NCBI RefSeq assembly: GCF_001194135.2
Contig: NC_068981.1
Coordinates: 97,039,250 to 97,103,249 of the forward strand
DNA length: 64,000 nt
Direction: 5' to 3'
Source: Octopus bimaculoides
Taxonomy: Eukaryota
The first letter of the stretch is position 1. Each line of letters begins with the position of its first letter. Position numbers and translations under genes: made by a program. Positions 52,701-61,700 of this stretch are shown here, piece after piece. The notes below the pieces were generated by a model. The model saw only the letters and a list, made by a program, of their open reading frames with translations. It searched no databases and was not told the origin of the DNA.

Positions 52701-55700
52701 AAAAGAAGTGCATTTAGGTTAAAGTTGAGGCTGTTGTAGTGGAGAAAATATGTAGAGGACAAAAGTTAATGGTAGGCAAGTAGATAAATTATGTTGAGAG
52801 AAGTTTGTCTATTAAACAGATAGGCATTTTCATGTGTAGTCTCAAATATATGTGCTATGGGAATTCAATATATGTTGTATGAATATTTTCTTAAAGAGTG
52901 AACATGTGTTTTATATAGTCACAGCTTATTTACGTTATTTACATTTGACAGATATTTGTCATCATCTTGTTTGTTGTTAACACGTTTCGGCTGATATACT
53001 CTCCAGCCTTCATCAGGTGTCTTGGGGAAATTTTGAACCTGGGTTCTCATTCCTAAGGTATTTTTCGATGTCATTTATAAGCCCTAAAATTCACTCCATA
53101 ATTGCCCACAGGCATATGGCTTAGTGGTTAAGAGTGCGGGCTACTAACCCCAAGATTCCAAGTTTGATTCCAGGCAGTGAGCTAAATAATAATAACTAGC
53201 TGGATCCATGAAAAATTCACGGAAAACATAGAAAATGTACTGGTGCCATGAGAAATGTTTGTATACTATGACCGTCTGTCTTTATGTTCTGAGTTCAAAT
53301 TCTGCTTTGCCTTTTGTTCTTTCGAGGTTGATAAATTAAGTATCAGTTACGTACTGGAGTCGATCTAATCAACTGGTCCCCTACCCACAAAATATTTAGG
53401 CCTAGAAAAGTATATTGTGACAGTTACAGAATATAGAAAGTAACGCAACACCAATGATTATATAATCCAACCAAAATATCTCAGTTACTCAAACGTAAAC
53501 GGAATTACTATTTAACCTTAAAATACATCATACATATTCAAAGAACCTTAATGTACAAATCTGAAATGTAAAAGAATGAAATAATAAATGGATTTATGAA
53601 TGAAAGTTTGGTAATTGCGTTTATTTCCACCATCAACACTTATTATTGCAAACATATTTTAACTAATCTCAACTATACACACTCACAAATACATTCATAT
53701 ATATATATGTCTCAAGTTGTAGCTGTAATTCAAAGGGGCCAGCTTTGTCATATTCTGTGTGAGGCTGAATCTCCCTGAGAACTACGTTAATGTTATGCAT
53801 GTCTGTGGAGTACTCAGTCATTTGTGAGTTAATTTTATCTTCGTGTGGTAATGAAAAGTGAAATTGACATCCTATATTTGCTGTGTGTATGCATCTATGT
53901 ATGAACTTTTCTTTGGATTGATGTATCTACTGTCTCTCTCACTTTCTCTCTTTCCCTTTCACTTCCTTTGTGTCCCTCTTCTCTCCTACTTTTGATTTAA
54001 CAATGTGTATATGTATCTATGTATCTACTTGCGATGTGATAAACATTTAAAAAACAAAACGAACATCGTCACCACTCACTGTCTCTTTCACTGTCTCTCT
54101 TTCTCTCTCTCTCACTCACTCATTTTCTGTCTCACTCTCTTTCTTTCTCTCTTACGTCCTCTCTGAAACATTTAAAAACACAAAACGAATGCCATCACCA
54201 CTCACTGTCTCTTTCACTCTCTCCCTCACTTTCTCTCTCACCTTCCCTTTCTCTCTCACTCTTTCACTCTTACTTCCTCTCTGTCCTTGTCTCTTGTTTT
54301 ACCACTTCTTTGAAGTAAGTGTGACACACAACAAGTACGTACAAAAACAAAAAGTTAGCATATTAATATTATTGATAATGGTAATAATAATGATAATAAC
54401 ATCGAAAAATACCTTAGGAATGAGAACCCAAGTTCAAAATTTCCCCAAGACACCTGATGACGGCTGGAAGGTATATCAGCCGAAATGTTGTGTTAACAAC
54501 AAACAAGATGAGGACAAATATCTGTCAAATGTAAATAATTCCTCATCTCTCAAATGTAGAACTGTATAGTCACAGCCATTTGGAGTTGTGATACCTTCTG
54601 CCTCTGAAAGCAAATTATCTAAAATTACTACCACTTCTATGTTATGACTGGATGGATAGATAGGTAATAGTATCTACAAAAAAAGGCAATTGTATATTTC
54701 ATTGGCGATCATCAAAATTTGTTAAAAAATAGGATAGTGAAAATAAAGGAGACAAAGAGAAAATGGAAATTTGAAGACTAAAATGTCTGCTAGGCTAAAA
54801 TTAATGGCCTCTGATTTTGTATAAAGTCTTGAAATAATATACACACATTATAATTATGTGGTAATGAGTTATTTATGATGCTATTGTAGGACATGAAGAA
54901 ATATTGATAATCTAGCTAATGTTTTTCCAAAATAAAAGTCTCTCCCCCACACACATTGACAACATCTGCTTCTGTAGTAATGAAGTTAGATTACCCCAAG
55001 ATTCAACAATTTTTTGTGATAAGAATACTGTCTGGCATGGCTCTATGGCTAAGAAGTTCACTTCACAACCACATGGTTTCAGGTTCAGTCACACAGTGTT
55101 ACTGTGTTCGTGTGTGTATACACACGTGAATGTTGACTTTCTACAGTTTTGCTTGAGTGAATGGTGAATGATGTTTACATTCCCTGTTGACATTATGACC
55201 AGTTACTCTGCACTTATGAAGAATTATAGAATAAAAAATCCCTTACTTGAAAAACAGGTAAAGATTGGTGACTGGAAAAAACATCCTGCTGCAAAATTCT
55301 GCTTCTGATACATTCCTATCCAACCCATACTAGCAAGGAAAAGCAGACATTAGATGAACAAATGAATTAATATATACTTACATGTATTATATGCTAATTA
55401 CATCTATTTGTATGTTCATAAAGTTAAATCCCCTTCAAGCTTGGTTGTTCTTCAAATGAAAAACTACAAAAAAAAAAAAAGAAAATGAATGACCTTGTTT
55501 AATACACAGGTTTACTGATTACCTGCTGATGAATCATCTTATCAATGAAACTAACTTTGGTCCTGGACATGTTTATGTTTGGTTACAAGGGATGTATCTC
55601 ATCATCATCATCATAATTTTAACATCCACTTTTTTCATGCTTGCATGGGTCAAACAGGATTTGTTGAGATGGATTTCCAACAGCTGGATGGATGCTCTTC

Positions 55701-58700
55701 CTGTCACCAACACTTGTCTGTTTCCAAGTAAGGTAATATCACTCCATGACCAGACATCTTTCCACAGAACATAAGAAACAAAACAGTGTTCACATAAGTG
55801 ACATTCACAAGTACCATGCAATGTCAAAGCAAGGAGACAATAACACCCATGATGGGCTTCTTTCAGTTTCCATTTGCCAAATCCACTGACAAGGTTATAG
55901 TAGAAGTCACATGCCAAAGGTGCCATATAGAAGAACTGAACTCTAAACCATATGGTTGGGAAGCAAACTTCTTACCATACAACCACGTCTGCATCTGTAT
56001 ATATATATATACATTCCTTTGTCATAAGGGAAATATATTTTTTCCTTTATGATTAAACGTAAACAGATCCTGAACCAAAATTTGATTTTATCTGCAAAAA
56101 GATTCATTAGCAAGCAATCTGTAGACCTCCATATAAAGCAAGATCATTTTTTTTTTTTTTGAAGTTTGTTTACTTGTGTTTTGATGCTTGTGTGATTTCA
56201 GAGAAATATTTTGCAAAGAAACTGAATGGGTTAAGAATATATAATAATATTTTATGCATTTGTATTTTTCAGAGGCTCAATGCGTATTGGGAATGACATG
56301 ATTATTTTTACAAAGAAGGGAACTACTATGTCATGTTTATTCCTTTCCCGAACATTCCACGAAGAAGAAGGTATAGATGAGGTAACTATAAAGTTGCTTG
56401 AGAAATCTGTTATAGCATAAAATCTGCATAGAACATGTCTAAACATTACATACTAAATTCAGAAAAATATTGAAGCTCAAGGCATTTTGATTGCGTCACA
56501 TAAAAAGCACCCAGTACACTCTGTGAAGTGGTTGGTTTTAGGAAGGGCATCTAGCAGTAGAAACCAAGTCAAAACAGACCATGGAACCTGGTGTGGCCCC
56601 TGGCCTTGCCAGTTCCTGTCAAATCGTCCAACGTATGTCAGTATAGAAAACAGGCATTAAATGTTGATGATGATAATGTCCTGGATTAAGGCAATTATGA
56701 CTGAAGTGGACAAAAATGTATCTAAATCTTAATTTATCATAACAGAAAGAAGTTAGAATGCAAAATATAGGCACTAAATGCAGGTGTAGATAGGGGTAGA
56801 CATGGTTGTGTGATTAAGGGGTTCACTTTTCAACCACTTGCTTTTAGATTCAGTCCTTGGGCAAGTGTCTCCAACTATTGTGTTGGACTAACCATTGCCT
56901 TATGAGTGAAAATGATAGATGGAAACTACATAGAAACCAGTGGTATGTGTGTCCCTGTTTCTTTCCTTCTTTACAAGTCCTCTACAGTCAGAACCCATGT
57001 CTTACTTCCATGTAGCATTGCTGTTTCTATATGAGTATCACACAGTCTGCTTTTCACTCTGAGAGAGAAGTCTGTTATCAACAGTGATATTAGCTCTCTG
57101 ATGGATATGTGTGTATGTTTTGATTGCATCTATTTGTCCTGACATCATGTACTAATTGTAGAGGTGTATTACCACTGAAGTCTGGTGCAGGTTTCTGCCT
57201 GGCTGGCTCTCGTCAAACTGTCTCACCCATGCCAGCATGGAAGATGGACGTTAAACGATGATGATAATTACCATCATACAGGTGGTGTCTTTCATTTGCA
57301 GGCTTCTGTGAAAATGCCGTCTGTGTTTGAAGCAGGGGAAATATCGACTTGCTTGGAAACAAATGAATATTGGTGATGAGAAGAGCACCCAGATGCCGAA
57401 AATCTGCCTCATTTAATTTTGTCTGGCTCATGCAAGGATGGAAAAGCTGACATTAAAACAACAATAATGATGATGATGTTTCATACTTTTCTTGATTCTA
57501 TAATATCTATAATATATGTTAGTATCTATAGAATAACAACTATTTGTATATATCTTTTACTTGTTTCAATCATTGAACGGCAACCATGTTGGAGCTCTGT
57601 CTTGAAGGCTTCAGTTGAACAAATCATTCCCAGTGCTTATTTTTTAAGCCTGGAACTTATTCTATTGATCACTTTTGCTGAACTGCTAAGTAAGGGGGAT
57701 GTAAACTAAGCAACATTTGTCAAACAGTAGTGGAGGACAAACTCAAAGACACTCACTCTCCTCATTCCCTCCTCCCAAACTTCTTTCAGTTTGTCTTTTA
57801 AATCCACTCACAAGGTTTTGGCTTGCTTCGGGCTACAGTAGCAGACACTTGCCTATGGGGCTGTGCAGTGGAACTGAACCCAAGACCACATGGTCAGGAA
57901 ATAAGCCCCTTAATCACACAGCCATGCCTGCATCTATGTTTTGAAATTTCTAGCATTAGTAGTTTGTGATGTCTTCAAATTATTAAAAAAACATCCTATA
58001 TGCCTGTCACGTGAACTATTTTCTATACTTTTCTATTCTACCATATCACACAAATTTCATTTTCTCACTTCTGGTCATAAGATATATGAAAATAATTCTT
58101 ATAAAGAAAGAATTTTTCTGAGAAGAATTCTATCTTATCTAATACTCTTTTTTTTTTCATGTTTTATAGGTTGTAGTGCCAATTCCTTCTTTTGATACTA
58201 AATCCAAAAGTCCTCTTGCTAAGAATGTTCGAGCATTAGAAAAAGTAAGTAGCTCACTAATTTGTTTTCTCTGTCAACTTGATAATTTATTTTACATTTC
58301 TATCTTAAATTTGGATAATTCCTTTGTGTTTTTCTAGACCTTGTAAAATATTCTATGAAATAAGTTTATGAAATTTTTGTTATTGTGAGTAAAACTATTA
58401 TATTTATGATTTTTGATTGAAGATTAAAAATTGGTAAATATTTGCTCCTTTAAATATTTTCTTTGGCAAGAGAAGTTTATTAATGATCAGTAGACTCCAC
58501 TACTTGTGTCATTAAGATGAGTAAAAATCTTATCCAAACCAAAATATTAATTTTAAACCCCTATTGAGGCATGTCCATAATCTAACTCCTTAGAACCACT
58601 TTCTTTTAAAATTTACACCTCATTCGCTATCATCCCTTCTCGCTTTATTTTCTTCTGATTACCTTTTTTTCTGTGCCTCTAGTTATCTTTCTTGAATTAT

Positions 58701-61700
58701 CTCTCCTATGAGTTATCTCTCCCTCTCCTCTGTGCTATGCCATATCTCATCTTTAACACCTTCTCTCATCTGCTATCATTTTCTATATCCTCACATATCT
58801 GCTGTTGACAGCTTCACCTCACTTTTGTACTTCTGACATCCATCTCTGTTACTGTGTATCTCTCTCTCTCTCTCTCAGGTCCCTCTACACACATCATCTT
58901 CCTGTTTTCTAATCTGTCTTCATGTTCAGTATACTGCTGTTCTTCACCTTTCATGTGCTGCCACTGATCACCTCCTCATTCCTGATCCACTCTTATTTCT
59001 TTCATTCCCACTTCCATACTGATATCAACTGCACCTCCAACTTTGCTCCAACCACCTGTCACTCTCCTCTCACACTGACAAACTTGTCAATCCTTCCTAA
59101 TCCTTTGTGCATATTTCCTCTTATACTTACCTTCTTGAATCTTGAGACTAAGTACTCTAACACTTTGTCACCACCATCATTGTCTTTCCATTTACTCCCT
59201 TCTACCTTTATGTAATGCAGGTTAGCCACATATCTCCTTCATAGCAAGACACCTACGCCTGTCCCTCCATCATATTTTAGTCTCTTATCACCAGGCATAA
59301 AGCCATCTCCCTCAATACTGCTTCCCCACTCAGTTGAGGAATCTTTTTCTTTGTCTTGCAAGTTACTTGGTGACCTCACTAGTGCAGGTGCCATGAAAAA
59401 AAGCACCCAGTACACTCTGTAAAGTGGTTGATTTAGGGAGGCCTTAGAAACCATGCCAGACCATCAAAGCTTAGTGCCGTTCTCTGGCTTGTTGAATCTT
59501 GTTAAACTAACCAACCCATGCCAACATAGAAGTCTATAGAGTTATGTGCCTCTGGCTATTTGAATCTGGTGAGTTGCCTGTATAGCCAGGTACTTTATAG
59601 GTGTGAATCCAATGGTCACTCTCTGACTGGCCATAACAACCTTATAAATATATTACAGCTCTAATGTTTTAGTGTGAGCTTCTTTTTTGGATATATGACT
59701 ACTGACAATATATGTATAAATAGATATTTACACACACACACACACACACACATACATATATACTTGAAGAAATTGACTCTGTCTAGTACAAATATCTTTC
59801 ATCTACACTTTCTTTTGCTTTATAGCATGACTTAGAAATGAGTTTAATCCTGAAGTATTCCCCATTTAAAAATCTTGAAGATTTCTATGCACAATTTGAC
59901 AAAATTAATTCTTCCACTGGAACCCTTGTGATAATTTACAATTTAAAATTGTTGGATAATGGTGAACCTGAATTGGATATTGTCTCAGACACAACAGATA
60001 TTATTCTCAATAATCCACTCTCTGGAGAATTTGACTCTGATGAAGGGTAGGTAACTTCTGACGACTTTGTTGTTTTCTTCTAAATCGTATTGACAGTATT
60101 TCTACTTATGCATTAAAATAATATTTCATTTATTCAGCGGTCTTGCTATATAATACTGAAAGTATTATATGATATCTGTGAAACGACTTTTGTTGTTTTG
60201 TATTAAATTCATTTATATACTTGCTATGTTCTTGAATATAGTGATGTTTCATGGCAGCCAATAAATAGAAGTGTGTTTTGATACGTTAATATATCAATTC
60301 CTCTTAATAACACTGTCAAAAAGTAGCTCTTCACCTCACCCACAAAATCCCCTGTATATCTATTTCTGAATTGTAGTTTGTTAGGGAGAGTAGACTGGAA
60401 GAGTCTCTGGTTGCGTTTTTCAAAAGGATGTGAGAGAATGTTCATTTTTTTACCAAGACAATTTCAATGGCTGAAACCAAAATTTCAGATGATTAGAATT
60501 TTTTATAGGCTGATTTCTGCCTGAAATAAAAATTATTGGCCTGATTATCTTTAATTATATTGCTAATTCTATGGTTAATGGAATGTCTCTGTAGTGCGTT
60601 TTCTTCTCAGTTAAAATTTAGTGTTGAATATGTTCATATTTTGTTGATTTTACTCCATTCTATTATTACCATGTTTTCTGAAATTAATTGAATTTTGTGA
60701 ATTTATTGTTTCTCTCAATGTTTTCTTTTAGCTCTTATCCACACTTAAAATACCCCTTCCTTTTGTATCTTCTATTCTTTTCAGCTTTCTCTGTATTTCT
60801 AAATACTCTTATTGAACCTCTTCCTGTACAATGTAATACAAATCAGCTTTCAAAATTCAATTCAGATTCTTCATAATTATTTTCACAAGCATTTTCTACT
60901 TAGCAAATTTGTGAAATTAGGAAGTTTCCCTGTTTTGTCTTAGTTCACATTTATATTATTTTAACCTTTTCATTACCATATTGCTGTTGAAATACATTGC
61001 TCCTGTTTCAGTCAGTTTTGAAAATTATGGATTATTTATTAAAATGCCATTTGGAACGTAAATTGATTTCAAATTTTAACACAAGGCCAGCAAGTCTGGG
61101 GGAGGGGTTAGTTGATTACGTCAACTCCAGCGCTCATCTGGTACTTATTTTATTGACCTCAAAAGGATGAAAGGCAAAGTTGATCTTGGAAGAATTTGAA
61201 TGTAGAATGTAAGGATGGACAAATGCTGCTAAGCATTTTGTCCAGCATACTAATGATTCTACTAGCTTGCTACCTTTATTTGGAACATAAATTGACATGA
61301 AATTTTGATGAAAGATTGTAATTTAGATCACTTTTAAACCAGAGGTGGTCTCAGGTGGGTTGGTATCAAAAAGGTTATGTGTCTTGGAAACTGTCATTTT
61401 CAATTATTTTAGTTATATGGATATCTATTTTTGTCTCAATCTAAATTGATTTAATTAAAATCTATTGATTTTTTTTTTTTAAACTTACTAGTTTAATGCC
61501 TGAGAGGAAGTCATTCCGCGCTTACACAGCAGTCCTATATATGGACCCAAGAATGAAAATATATATCCAAAATAAGAAAGTCCGTACCAAACGTTTAGCT
61601 TGCTGTCTCTATAAACAACGCATGTACAGATATTCGTCCAACAGATTCCGAACGCGTTCTGAACAAGATGCCAACAGAGCTGATGAAGATGCCAAAATTG

